A stretch of 63,189 nt of DNA, the filler included, from an uncultured archaeon (GTDB lineage: Archaea > Nanobdellota > Nanobdellia > Woesearchaeales > CAIVOO01): NCBI GenBank assembly GCA_903842985.1. It is 5 parts of 5 records of this genome, joined end to end, with 100 filler letters (N's around TTAATTAATTAA, not from the genome) between each part and the next. Parts side by side here need not be neighbours in the genome. Positions count along the whole stretch, not along the records: positions 21,989 to 44,086 come from CAIMOB010000039.1; 4 more parts are not named here. One strand, 5' to 3'. Positions 21,989-31,139 of this stretch are shown piece after piece (position 1 is the first letter of the stretch; the number at the start of each line of letters is the position of its first letter). Under the pieces are notes generated by a model that worked only from the letters and a program-made list of their open reading frames with translations, was not told the origin of the DNA and did not search any database. The position numbers and the translations under genes are program-made.

Positions 21989-23157
21989 TAAATTTGCTTG
22001 ACAATTTTCACGGTTTTATCCTGTTCTGAGTAAGTTTTAAAGTAAGTAAGCAAATCAGGTGTCAGCTGTTCAGCAACATCCTCCCATTTTGGGTCTATTT
22101 TCCCTGTGTTTTCCGCTTTTTTAATTGCTTTAAGGATGACTCCTTTTCCTATGGTATATGACGCAACTGCAAACTTTTTTTTGTCGCTATATCTATCAAA
22201 AGCGACAAGTAGATCTCCGAGATAATGCGCTTCTGCATCAATTTCTTTTTCAGGGATAAGTCTGTCGTCCTTTTCAATGCAATATCTCCTGCCGCTTCCT
22301 CCTGAAGGTGGGCAGTTGCTTCCGTCGCTGAGTTTGCAGTCGCAAAGCCCGTATTGATATGCAGTTGTCCTGCAGAACTGCGCTATTCCGCTACATCCTT
22401 GTTCTTTATTAACAAGATTCGGATTGCCGGTTGACTCCATCATTATTATTCCTGCAATCATTTCCTCAGGAACTTTGTATTTTACGCTTGCCTCCTTTAT
22501 TAGAGTACCATAATTCTTGTAAATATTTGCCAACGCATCTTTGTCTGTTTTTGCAGGAGTATACTTTACTAAAGGGATATAATTTACAGTAGGTATTGTT
22601 GGTGTTGTAGGTGTTGTAACAGGCACGCCAGCAACAGGTGTTTTTACAGCTTCTGCCCTGGAGATCACATCTATCTGAATGTTGTTTATTGCGCTCCCAA
22701 CAACAGTGAGTTTTGGAGAAACAGCTGAATATCTATAATCTGCTGGAAGGTTCAATTCTTTATAATTTGAAAGGTATATTTTTAAGCCCGCATCAATATG
22801 GTAAAGTATGCTGCTTTTAACATCTTCAGGCGAAGGGTAGCATTCTGCATCTTTTGCTGTCCAAAGATTAAATCCCATATAAGTTCCGCATTTCGGCTCA
22901 AAGCTGTACCCTCCTTCAAAAGCAGTGCCAACAACTGCCTGCTGCGCAGCGAGATTTGCAGAAGCATCGAGATAAACAAGCGAATTCTCTGCAGCCATCG
23001 CAGCCTCGAACACCTGCTGCTGCGATTCGCCTATGTTAGGCAGTTTCCCGAATTTCTGGTTTAAGAAAATAACTGCAGTTGTGAGAACTACGAATGCTAC
23101 CAGTACTAAACCAGGAACCCAGATTGGTATTATTGCTGCTTTTTTGTTTTTAATCAT
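21989..23157 (-). CDS. Prepilin-like protein with C-terminal lytic transglycosylase (SLT/GH23) domain; 3'-truncated at contig end
   Basis: MIKNKKA + hydrophobic helix; Pro/Thr linker; ASVKYKVPEEMIAGIIMMESTGNP (catalytic ES), GCSGIAQF, PEKEIDAEAHYL, ASYTIG. Confidence 0.85.
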
Positions 23158-23596
23158 ATGGCAAGTAGAGTATTATTTTTATTGTCCCTCCGTTTGGAGC
23201 TGGAATAAACGAAGACACCTGATTGTATCTGTATAAACTTGCTGCCCTGTTGATTGAAAGTTGCCTGTCTGGATAAAATATGTCTATGCCATACTTTGGA
23301 AACTTCCCAGTTATGCTGTTGGATTCTTCAATCAACTTAGTGTAATCGCCTGTAATATGAGCGTCTATAATCAGCTGCGACATCTGGATTTCTTTTCCAT
23401 CAACGCTGACAGGCGTCCTTAAATACGCCTCCAATACTGCATTTGTAACAAGCGTCTGCTGCCTTGCCTTTATATCTTCGCTTCCTCCAACTGTTGACTG
23501 TATAATATAATAAAAAACAATTATTATGAATATGAATATGATTATGCTCCAGAAATCAACAAGCGGTGCTGCTAGTATTGCTTTTTTGTTTCTCAT
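23150..23596 (-). CDS. Prepilin-like (class III signal) protein
   Basis: MRNKKA|ILAAPLVDFWSIIIFIFIIIVF. Confidence 0.7.
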   Translation of the reverse strand: MRNKKAILAAPLVDFWSIIIFIFIIIVFYYIIQSTVGGSEDIKARQQTLVTNAVLEAYLRTPVSVDGKEIQMSQLIIDAHITGDYTKLIEESNSITGKFPKYGIDIFYPDRQLSINRAASLYRYNQVSSFIPAPNGGTIKIILYLPYD

Positions 23597-23597
23597 G

Positions 23598-24119
23598 TTA
23601 GCTCTTTGGTATTAAAACAGTTATGTTCATTATTCCTTTGTTTATTTTTCCGTCTGGTGTGCTGTAAAGTGTATAAATGCTGAAGGGATACTCTGAAACA
23701 GCCCCTGCTCCGCTTTCGCCTGTCAGCGGGAACCATCCGTCATAGTAGGGCTTGTTGTAGTACGCCACAAACTTTACTGGCTTGCTGTCAAAATCATAAA
23801 TCTCGATTTTGGCTGCGAGCATTGTGTTCTTGTCACCGAAGCTGAATGCGCTGTCAAGTGTCATATCATTAAGCCTTCCAGTGTCAACTATTCCCAGCAT
23901 AGGCCTTCCTGAAAACTCATCATAATAAACAATCGAGTCTGGGGAATAAAGGAAATGGTTAACAAGGAGGTTTGCTTCAAGCTCTTCTGTATTCGACTGG
24001 GTTGTGATGCAGAGCCTTACTAAGGTTACCACTGAGACAATGACTATTATCAGGAATATTGCCCTTGCGATCCAGTAAATCATTTCAAATGTTGTTATCG
24101 CGCTTTTATCTCTTTTCAT
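23598..24119 (-). CDS. Prepilin-like protein
   Basis: MKRDKSA|ITTFEMIYWIARAIFLIIVIV (E at +5). Confidence 0.7.
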   Translation of the reverse strand: MKRDKSAITTFEMIYWIARAIFLIIVIVSVVTLVRLCITTQSNTEELEANLLVNHFLYSPDSIVYYDEFSGRPMLGIVDTGRLNDMTLDSAFSFGDKNTMLAAKIEIYDFDSKPVKFVAYYNKPYYDGWFPLTGESGAGAVSEYPFSIYTLYSTPDGKINKGIMNITVLIPKS

Positions 24120-24969
24120 TCAAAAACCTCTTTGCTGCCGCAGCAATCTGCTTCTCCAAACTTTTGCCTGCCTGCGTGATATCCAGATTGACAAGCACTG
24201 AAACATCATTTTTCAGCCTGTCTGACTCTGAAGGGAGTATTACCGAGCTTATCCCCTGGCTCTTCAGATTATTTGATATCAAACAGGCAAGCCTTATGCC
24301 CCTTAGCGTTGAAAGCCTTTCTGTTTTGTTCAATTTAAAATAAATTTCAGCGTTGACGTCGCTTACATAACCATACTCTAGGATTATCAAAGGGTTATTT
24401 TTGTCTGTTCCAATTTTCAACATTGAAAGCAGGACTTGTACGCCCAATTCCTTGCTGGGCGCATTAATCTCTACTGTATTGCCTGGCATCGAAATAACTG
24501 GGCAGACCCTGTAGTCAATATTTTCATCCAATGGGTTTATTTCAAAACTATCTGTCTTTTTGAAGACAAGCTTTGTTTTTGTTTCAGTAATTTCTTTTGA
24601 GATTGGACTGGCTGGGTAGATGAAATTCAGGTTCGTGCTGTTTGCAAACAAATAATAAATTGAGTATGTGAATGATACTGTTGCTTCGGGGTCGTAGACC
24701 TCAACCCTGTTGTTCTTGAAATTATACTTGAACCCGAATGACTCGTTGTAATAAAACAAAACATTTCCAGGCACAGACTGCATTGCATCAATCAGGAATG
24801 AAATGTCCTTTGCATGATGTATCTTATAATAAAGCGTGTCATCCTTTATTCTGCCTGCATATGACATCAGGGCAACAGCCACCATGCCCACGAAAAATAT
24901 CTCAGTAACGAGCAAAAGAATGTCCTGGAGTAATTCTGTGCCTCTTTTATGCTTTAAAAGCCTCATCAA
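24106..24969 (-). CDS. Prepilin-like protein
   Basis: KHKRG|TELLQDILLLVTEIFFVGMVAVAL. Confidence 0.7.
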   Translation of the reverse strand: MMRLLKHKRGTELLQDILLLVTEIFFVGMVAVALMSYAGRIKDDTLYYKIHHAKDISFLIDAMQSVPGNVLFYYNESFGFKYNFKNNRVEVYDPEATVSFTYSIYYLFANSTNLNFIYPASPISKEITETKTKLVFKKTDSFEINPLDENIDYRVCPVISMPGNTVEINAPSKELGVQVLLSMLKIGTDKNNPLIILEYGYVSDVNAEIYFKLNKTERLSTLRGIRLACLISNNLKSQGISSVILPSESDRLKNDVSVLVNLDITQAGKSLEKQIAAAAKRFLNEKR

Positions 24970-25005
24970 TGTAATTTAAAAGAAAGGTATTTATATTATT
25001 TTTGC

Positions 25006-25629
25006 TTATTTGCATTCGGACGAGTCCAATTGATGCCATCCTATTTTGCTTTTGCAATCTTCACTTGATAGAACGCTCTTATCCATGGTTGGTTTAGCAC
25101 TAGCCTCGGTACCTGACTTTATGTACTCGCAGCAAACAAGTTCCAGGGAGGAGGTTGAGCTTTCAATGTTTATAACCCCCCCCACTTTGTTCACTAACAA
25201 TAAACTCATCGTGCTAGTCACTGCTTTTTGACTCATGCCCGGAAGATGTATCGTAACTTTGTCTGCTTTAAAGCATTCTCTCTTCTTCCAACTGCCGCAA
25301 CCAATAGATGGGTCTCCTATTTTTGTTTTGCAGATGCAGATGCAGTTTTGCGGATAGCAGTCAGTATCCTGATCCATTGTCACAAGTTTTATATTATCTT
25401 TAAGGTTTATGTGATAAGGCACAGCTATTGGATTGTCATTGTCTTTCAAGTTGTTTATCTCCCACACAAGCCTTTCAAAATTATAATTGGTAACTGCGCT
25501 TGGCCCTGGGAAGATAACTGCAGAAACTTCATCATAAAACCCGAATAAAGCAACTATGATGAGCGCAGCCATGCAAATACCGAGTATCTGTGTAAGAGAA
25601 AGTCCAAGTACATCTGCTTTTTTGTTCAT
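25006..25629 (-). CDS. Cys-rich prepilin-like protein; probable start 25629
   Basis: MNKKA|DVLGLSLTQILGICMAALIIV; CYPQNCICIC. Confidence 0.7.
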   Translation of the reverse strand: MNKKADVLGLSLTQILGICMAALIIVALFGFYDEVSAVIFPGPSAVTNYNFERLVWEINNLKDNDNPIAVPYHINLKDNIKLVTMDQDTDCYPQNCICICKTKIGDPSIGCGSWKKRECFKADKVTIHLPGMSQKAVTSTMSLLLVNKVGGVINIESSTSSLELVCCEYIKSGTEASAKPTMDKSVLSSEDCKSKIGWHQLDSSECK

Positions 25630-25928
25630 TTGGCTGGTGCTGCAGGGGTTGTTGTTTGCTCTTTTTCTACAATACAGCAATAATCCCTTGTATTTGTTGT
25701 GTCTGTTTTTTCAGGACAGCCGTAATGCCAGAAAGCCTCTCCATGTTTAAAATCGCAATCTGCTTTGGTTTCGCATGTTCCGCCCCTTGATTGGCAGGAT
25801 GACAATCCCTCGTACCCTGTCTGCGCTGCTTTTGTCTGCTTGTAAAAGATATAGCCTGCTACAAAAAGAACCATCAGTGCAAGCACCATTCCAATTATTA
25901 CCCAGTTGACATCTGCTTTCTTTTTCAT
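25626..25928 (-). CDS. Small pilin-like protein with six-Cys tip
   Basis: MKKKA|DVNWVIIGMVLALMV; C-x6-C-x5-C-x12-C-x12-CC. Confidence 0.8.
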   Translation of the reverse strand: MKKKADVNWVIIGMVLALMVLFVAGYIFYKQTKAAQTGYEGLSSCQSRGGTCETKADCDFKHGEAFWHYGCPEKTDTTNTRDYCCIVEKEQTTTPAAPAK

Positions 25929-26236
25929 TTTCCAAGTTCAACGCAACATTTTCCAACTTCAGAGCTGCTTGGGTCTGAGTCATAGCCTGTTACCGGACTC
26001 CCTTTTGGAACGCATCCTTTTGCATAAACCAGCACTGGCCTTGACGGCTCCCACTGGTCGCAGTTCTGATCTGCCTGGAGCAGACATGTGCCGCCTCTTT
26101 CCTGGCAGCTCTGCCCTGTTGATTTTGCGAATATTGTTGATTTTCCCACAAATATGTAAATCAAGACAACGAGAACTACCAATACAATTATTGCGACTAT
26201 TATTGTCTCCAATGCTAATTCTGCTCCCCTTTTCAT
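25925..26236 (-). CDS. Small pilin-like protein with six-Cys tip; probable start 26236
   Basis: MKRG|AELALETIIVAIIVLVV; C-x6-C-x7-C-x15-C-x21-CC. Confidence 0.8.
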   Translation of the reverse strand: MKRGAELALETIIVAIIVLVVLVVLIYIFVGKSTIFAKSTGQSCQERGGTCLLQADQNCDQWEPSRPVLVYAKGCVPKGSPVTGYDSDPSSSEVGKCCVELGK

Positions 26237-26490
26237 CCCGCTTGTATGCAGCATGCGTATTGGCAGTCTGTTTTTTCAGGCACTGTTGCAAATCCACTAG
26301 GACACACAAGACCGCCTGAAATCTTCTCGCTGCACTGCCCTCCTTTTGAAGCGCAAGTTGTTGTTGATTTCCCGAAAATATTTAGTTTTCCTGTAAAAAT
26401 TGCTATCATTACAATAAGCACGATTAGGACAATAATTGCAATAACTATCACTGAAAGCGAAAGCTCTGACCCTCTTTTGTTTTTAGCCAT
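26233..26490 (-). CDS. Small pilin-like protein with six-Cys tip; probable start 26490
   Basis: MAKNKRG|SELSLSVIVIAIIVLIV; C-x6-C-x9-C-x12-C-x3-CC. Confidence 0.8.
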   Translation of the reverse strand: MAKNKRGSELSLSVIVIAIIVLIVLIVMIAIFTGKLNIFGKSTTTCASKGGQCSEKISGGLVCPSGFATVPEKTDCQYACCIQAG

Positions 26491-26791
26491 AGCAGCAAGG
26501 CGTGCAGTCAAAGCTCCCTGCAACTTCGCTATCTCCTTCCTTACAAGGACCGCAGTACCTTCCTGTTCCGGGAACTGCGCAGGTTGTTGCCTGGTATTGT
26601 TTTTCTGACTCTGTTGTTCCCTTGCCGAACTGCCCAATCTTGCCTGCAAATATGATTGCAAGAACAACCAGAACAATAAGTACAAGAATTGCTATGATTA
26701 TGACATTCAGCGGCATTCCCTGTGCTCTTTTAGAGCGCAGGTCTGATAATCTCGATGTAGTCGGGATTATCTTTATCTGTGCTTTTTTCAT
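26483..26791 (-). CDS. Small pilin-like protein with six-Cys tip and duplicated leader; probable start 26791
   Basis: MKKAQ...SKRA|QGMPLNVIIIAILVLIV; C-x8-C-x2-C-x12-C-x2-CC. Confidence 0.8.
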   Translation of the reverse strand: MKKAQIKIIPTTSRLSDLRSKRAQGMPLNVIIIAILVLIVLVVLAIIFAGKIGQFGKGTTESEKQYQATTCAVPGTGRYCGPCKEGDSEVAGSFDCTPCCYG

Positions 26792-26795
26792 CTTA

Positions 26796-27077
26796 TCAAG
26801 ATGATACTGATACGCAGCACCAGCCATCCTTTCCTCCAAACTCGAATTTCTCATCGCCGTTGAGGTCGCATGCTCGCTCAGACATTACCCTTTGGTACTG
26901 GCCTGTGCATTCTTCCTGTGTTGCAACACATGCCCCGCCGTAAACTGCGCATTTGTCAGATTCCTTGACAAATGTTCCTGTCTTGCCTGTGAATATTATC
27001 GCAAGAATCACAAGAACAAGTAGGCCAAGCGCTGCTATTATTATGACGTTCAATGGCATTCCCTGGGCTTTTTTCAT
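26796..27077 (-). CDS. Small pilin-like protein with six-Cys tip (candidate major pilin)
   Basis: MKKA|QGMPLNVIIIAALGLLV; C-x6-C-x6-C-x12-C-x16-CC; GAGGTG SD and own TATA box. Confidence 0.82.
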   Translation of the reverse strand: MKKAQGMPLNVIIIAALGLLVLVILAIIFTGKTGTFVKESDKCAVYGGACVATQEECTGQYQRVMSERACDLNGDEKFEFGGKDGWCCVSVSS

Positions 27078-27119
27078 TTATGACACCTCTTTTGTCTTTT
27101 TATGCATATTTAGTATATG

Positions 27120-27140
27120 TTATATATAAAAGTTATGCTT
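27120..27140 (-). promoter_or_regulatory. Internal TATA promoter in front of the small-pilin block
   Basis: Minus strand AAGCATAACTTTTATATATA in the largest intergenic gap (84 bp) of the array. Confidence 0.55.
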
Positions 27141-27161
27141 TTTTAAGGCAATATTAAGTAT

Positions 27162-28223
27162 TTAATTTACACATTCTTTAAATTTACCTTCGCTGTCCTT
27201 AACAATTGAGCATTTGCCGCACTTAGTGGCTATCTCATTGCATGTTGGAGAATAAATATCATTGTATTGGTTACAATTAACATCCTTGCAGTCTCTGCAT
27301 CCATGAAAGTTTATTGTATCTCCGGCATATGACTTCAGTATAAAATAAACCGTAAAACATTTTGGATTGTTTTTGCATGAACTCTCATCAGGCATAGTTT
27401 TGCACTCGTCTTTCACGCATTTTGCATCACCAACAATTGCAGTATCATCAATAAGATATTTTCCCCATCTGCACAGGTATTTCATCTTGCTTTCGCAGAT
27501 TTCTGAACCAACACTGCAGCAGTCCTTGTCAATGTTGCCGAGCGTTGCATTCAGCAGATTTACTTTATCAGCAATATCTTTAAAATCAGGTGGGACTTTC
27601 ATCCCACCAATAATCGGTTTTAAGGTCTTCAGCTGAATGCAATTATCATTTGCTGTTTTCTCAGCTGCAGCCAGCTCTGCATCAGTCAGCACATTTTTAT
27701 AATTTAGCTTGGCTGTTGGCTGCGGGAGCGAAGAATAATAGGTATAACGAGAAGTGGCGTATACATGTGCAAAGTCAAGCTTCATCTTCATTTCACTGAA
27801 CTTAATCCACTCGTCTGTGCCTGTTTCCTTTAATTTATTTTGTTCATCTGTTGCGTAGCCCTTTGCCTTATTGTAAAATCCTTCCACCTTTTTGCTTCGC
27901 TCCAACGCTGAATAGTCTGCAAAAGTTTTTACGCCTGCGCCAAAATAAACTTCAAATCCGCCTTTACTAAATTTTTCAACCCTTGCATCAATTTGTTTGA
28001 TTTGTGTATCAGGATTGTCTTCAAGCAGAATAGGAAGGTAATTCTGTTCTATTATGTCGGTTGGCGTCGTTGGGCCAATGAACCCTTTTGCCTTCTCCCC
28101 GAGAGATGTGGCGAATTCCTTTGCATAGCTGATTCCGCGCAGCCCAAAAAGCAGGACAAGGACAACTAATAAAACTAGCGCACCCTTGATTATATATTCC
28201 CAACTGTCTGCTTTCTTGTTCAT
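27162..28223 (-). CDS. Prepilin-like protein with helical stalk and Cys-rich C-terminus; probable start 28223
   Basis: MNKKA|DSWEYIIKGALVLLVVLV; many Cys in the last 120 aa. Confidence 0.7.
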   Translation of the reverse strand: MNKKADSWEYIIKGALVLLVVLVLLFGLRGISYAKEFATSLGEKAKGFIGPTTPTDIIEQNYLPILLEDNPDTQIKQIDARVEKFSKGGFEVYFGAGVKTFADYSALERSKKVEGFYNKAKGYATDEQNKLKETGTDEWIKFSEMKMKLDFAHVYATSRYTYYSSLPQPTAKLNYKNVLTDAELAAAEKTANDNCIQLKTLKPIIGGMKVPPDFKDIADKVNLLNATLGNIDKDCCSVGSEICESKMKYLCRWGKYLIDDTAIVGDAKCVKDECKTMPDESSCKNNPKCFTVYFILKSYAGDTINFHGCRDCKDVNCNQYNDIYSPTCNEIATKCGKCSIVKDSEGKFKECVN

Positions 28224-28378
28224 TTTCCAAACCTGAATAAGTTTGCCAGGCCATCCCACATCTTGTTGCCCACGCCTGTAATCGAGCCTATGACAACCAG
28301 CAGGACAACTACCAGCGCAAGCACCAGAATCCACTTGCCAATTTCTTCCCACGCCATTGACGCTTTTTTTCCTTTCAT
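28220..28378 (-). CDS. 52-aa minimal (Flp-sized) pilin-like peptide; not in ORF track
   Basis: MKGKKA|SMAWEEIGKWILVLALVVVLLVVIGSITGVGNKMWDGLANLFRFGK*; E at +5; ATGA overlap with the next gene. Confidence 0.8.
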   Translation of the reverse strand: MKGKKASMAWEEIGKWILVLALVVVLLVVIGSITGVGNKMWDGLANLFRFGK

Positions 28379-28404
28379 TTTAACCTTGATATTTTCTTGG
28401 TATT

Positions 28405-29328
28405 TTAATCTTTTGGCCTGTACTGCTGGACAACGGGGAATTCCTTGCAGCCGAGGTCCTCCAATGTCTTCTTATCATACTCTTTTATCAAAAATGATGA
28501 AATCCATTGCGGCTTTTCACCTGATGTGGCAACTTCGTACGCAGCAAATAGGCCGCCTGCTGCTCCAATTGCCAGCGCAACTGTGCCGCCAGAACCTATA
28601 ATCAGTGCTGCTGTTGCATAGGTTAGAACAGCGCCGCCTGCACCCAATTTGGCAGTTGATGACCAGCCGCCTCCAAAGTAATCCTTCATGTTCGAAAACC
28701 AGTCCTTTTCCTTGGTGTACACAAATATTATCGCATAATCTTTTGATGTGTCAATTTCATCTGCCACTTGCTTATCAGGTGGAAGCGTTTTCTTGCGCGC
28801 TTCAAATTCCTTAAGCAGATTGTCTGTGTCTGTCTTGTAAACTGCACATCTCTCCACATATTTCTCATTTGTTCCCGGCGCATTTGTTTTCAGAAGATAT
28901 TCATACATGCCAGGAACCTTTCCTTCTTTCTCAAAATTAACAACAGCATAAACTGCGCAGTATGTGCCTTCCTGCTTGAAAAGCTCATATTTCCCATTTT
29001 CAAAAACATCGCAGGCATCAAGCCAAAGGTCAGCCAGCTCCCTCTTAATCATCTCCTTCCCTGTTTCTGTGCCAGGGTCATAATTCAGTATAAAATAGTT
29101 TGTCTGGCATTTTAGGTCTATGGGAATTCCGACTGCTGCTGTCGTGGCGTGCATCAGGAAGCTCTTTTTGCACTCCTCTTTTTTAGCTAGATAGCCGGCA
29201 GTATTGCTTGATTTTGTTATGAAAATTATTAAAAGGATGATAAGAAACGCAACTAAAATAAATGCTGCAACCGCCTCATGTGACAGCCCTTTCTTAGTTA
29301 TAGATTTCTGTGCATGACTTCTCGACAT
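28405..29328 (-). CDS. Prepilin-like protein with internal Gly/Ala-zipper segment; paralog of 29294-30004; start uncertain
   Basis: TKKG|LSHEAVAAFILVAFLII; CKKS...LKC...KRELA...C; GAGGAVLTYATAALIIGSGGTVALAIGAAGGLF. Confidence 0.7.
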   Translation of the reverse strand: MSRSHAQKSITKKGLSHEAVAAFILVAFLIILLIIFITKSSNTAGYLAKKEECKKSFLMHATTAAVGIPIDLKCQTNYFILNYDPGTETGKEMIKRELADLWLDACDVFENGKYELFKQEGTYCAVYAVVNFEKEGKVPGMYEYLLKTNAPGTNEKYVERCAVYKTDTDNLLKEFEARKKTLPPDKQVADEIDTSKDYAIIFVYTKEKDWFSNMKDYFGGGWSSTAKLGAGGAVLTYATAALIIGSGGTVALAIGAAGGLFAAYEVATSGEKPQWISSFLIKEYDKKTLEDLGCKEFPVVQQYRPKD

Positions 29329-30004
29329 CCTCTGCCCCCGCAATCTTCATTTTTATTTTTGGATCTATCCTTGCCTTAGTGATGCTGATATCTGCTGTAA
29401 TTGGAATATACAGATAATAAGTTCCCGCCGCAGATATGCTCTCTGTTCCGCTTACATCTTTTCCGAAATAATCACTGTATTTTGTGTCCCTGCCAAGCGG
29501 GCCGTTTGAATTAAGCCAGTCCTTGAAATTTGTAAAGCCTGCTTTTTTAAAGTCCTTGGCAAACTTTATCCTTGTGCAGAGCAGGCATTTTGTTTCGCTA
29601 AGAGTAAACCCAAAGCCTCCGAATGGATTTTCCCCTGAAGCATTCACGTCCGCAACCTGGTACCAGCAGTCATACATCTCGTTTGCAACTGCCCGCTTCA
29701 GCTTCTCTTCAGCATCTGTGCTTCCGAATTTATCCTTGAGGTTTCCGTTTATGCTTACGCCTTTGTCATCCACATCCATGAAAAGCATTTTGCACTTTAA
29801 TTTTATCGGGCTTGCGACCACCTGCCTTCCTAAAATTTTAAAATCTGTCTTTGCCGCAGCAATAATGCTCAGCCTGCAGACCTCCCTTGTGTTTGTTTCC
29901 TGAAATATCCCAAGTATTTGGCCTGCGAGAATTAAGACGACAATTGCAATAAAGGCAAACAACAATATTGTCCCAAGCGTCCACTGCATCTGTGATTTTT
30001 TCAT
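29294..30004 (-). CDS. Prepilin-like protein
   Basis: MKKS|QMQWTLGTILLFAFIAIV; CRLS...LKC...KRAVANEMYDCW...CLLC. Confidence 0.72.
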   Translation of the reverse strand: MKKSQMQWTLGTILLFAFIAIVVLILAGQILGIFQETNTREVCRLSIIAAAKTDFKILGRQVVASPIKLKCKMLFMDVDDKGVSINGNLKDKFGSTDAEEKLKRAVANEMYDCWYQVADVNASGENPFGGFGFTLSETKCLLCTRIKFAKDFKKAGFTNFKDWLNSNGPLGRDTKYSDYFGKDVSGTESISAAGTYYLYIPITADISITKARIDPKIKMKIAGAEDVEKSCTEIYN

Positions 30005-30120
30005 CCTAGTGACCCTGTTATTTTTTTGATTATAAGCCAGACAACCATGATTATTACTATAGTCAGTATTACTATCGCCAGCACCTTCATCATCTCTGAC
30101 TGCGCCTTCTTCAACTGCAT
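30001..30120 (-). CDS. 39-aa minimal pilin-like peptide; not in ORF track
   Basis: MQLKKA|QSEMMKVLAIVILTIVIIMVVWLIIKKITGSLG*; fills the gap and overlaps both neighbours. Confidence 0.75.
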   Translation of the reverse strand: MQLKKAQSEMMKVLAIVILTIVIIMVVWLIIKKITGSLG

Positions 30121-30623
30121 ATTCCCAGCTCCACGGTCATTGAGCCTGCCTGCAGGGGCAGGTAGTAAAACTCTTTCTGAAGTTCACCTTGCCCTCCTAC
30201 AAAGCATTCATCAACTCTGTAAGTTATATTAATATTTGGGTCTGTTCTTTTTACATAGGCAAGGAAAGAGTATTTTTTGTTCCAGTGATTTAATGTTTCA
30301 TTCAGCATTGAGGATATTGTTTCATTAAGGTATTTACAGACTGAAAGCTCGGCTCCGCTTTGCTCGCTCTTGCATGCAAGCGGCCAATCCCTTCCGCAGT
30401 CAATCATCAGTGTGCTTATCCTCTCATTATTGCAGTTTGTTGTTGTTGAAAGCATTGAACCAAGTATGTTTGTCGCGAGCTGCTTCTCAGAATAGGACTG
30501 CTTCAGGCTCGGCTCCGACGACTTATTCATGACAGTTCCCACGATTATGAGTATGCCTATTGAAAGCAAAAGTATGACAATTGCCATTCCAAGCATTTCT
30601 GTCTGCGCTCTTTTCATGCTCAT
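30111..30623 (-). CDS. Prepilin-like protein
   Basis: MKRA|QTEMLGMAIVILLLSIGILII. Confidence 0.78.
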   Translation of the reverse strand: MSMKRAQTEMLGMAIVILLLSIGILIIVGTVMNKSSEPSLKQSYSEKQLATNILGSMLSTTTNCNNERISTLMIDCGRDWPLACKSEQSGAELSVCKYLNETISSMLNETLNHWNKKYSFLAYVKRTDPNINITYRVDECFVGGQGELQKEFYYLPLQAGSMTVELGICS

Positions 30624-31138
30624 GTTGTGGTGTAAACCCTCACATCAAGGTAGCCGAAGCTGTATGTTGCATTTATCGGGTCGTAGATTGCTATTGGAAC
30701 CTGTGTTGTCCTGTATGAATTGGAACCATCAGTGGCATATGGCTTGTCGTAAACATTGTAGCTTCTCTTTTGTGGATAAATTGAAACCACAGTTATGTTG
30801 CTGAAGCTTAATGTGTCAAAATAATGAAGCTTTGCCTTGTCAGCAGCCGCTTGTTCACTCGCATCTTGGCCCGCCATAAAAAGTTCAGCCATCTTGTTTA
30901 TCTTGATTGTGTCAAAACAGTTGAATTTTATCACCTCCTGCGTTGAGCACTGAAGCTCAGGCAGGTATGAAACAATCTGTGAAATCTTTACTGCCTTTGT
31001 AAGCGACTCCTCATCTGTCTTCGCAGCAATTGATGACTGGCTGTACTTCGACCAAAAAATAATTCCGAGAATAACGAGTACAAAAAATATGAAAAGTACT
31101 GCGATGCTTTCCCCGATTTTCAGCTGTGATTTTTTCAT
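30620..31138 (-). CDS. Prepilin-like protein; probable start 31138
   Basis: MKKS|QLKIGESIAVLFIFFVLVILGIIF. Confidence 0.78.
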   Translation of the reverse strand: MKKSQLKIGESIAVLFIFFVLVILGIIFWSKYSQSSIAAKTDEESLTKAVKISQIVSYLPELQCSTQEVIKFNCFDTIKINKMAELFMAGQDASEQAAADKAKLHYFDTLSFSNITVVSIYPQKRSYNVYDKPYATDGSNSYRTTQVPIAIYDPINATYSFGYLDVRVYTTT

Positions 31139-31139
31139 T

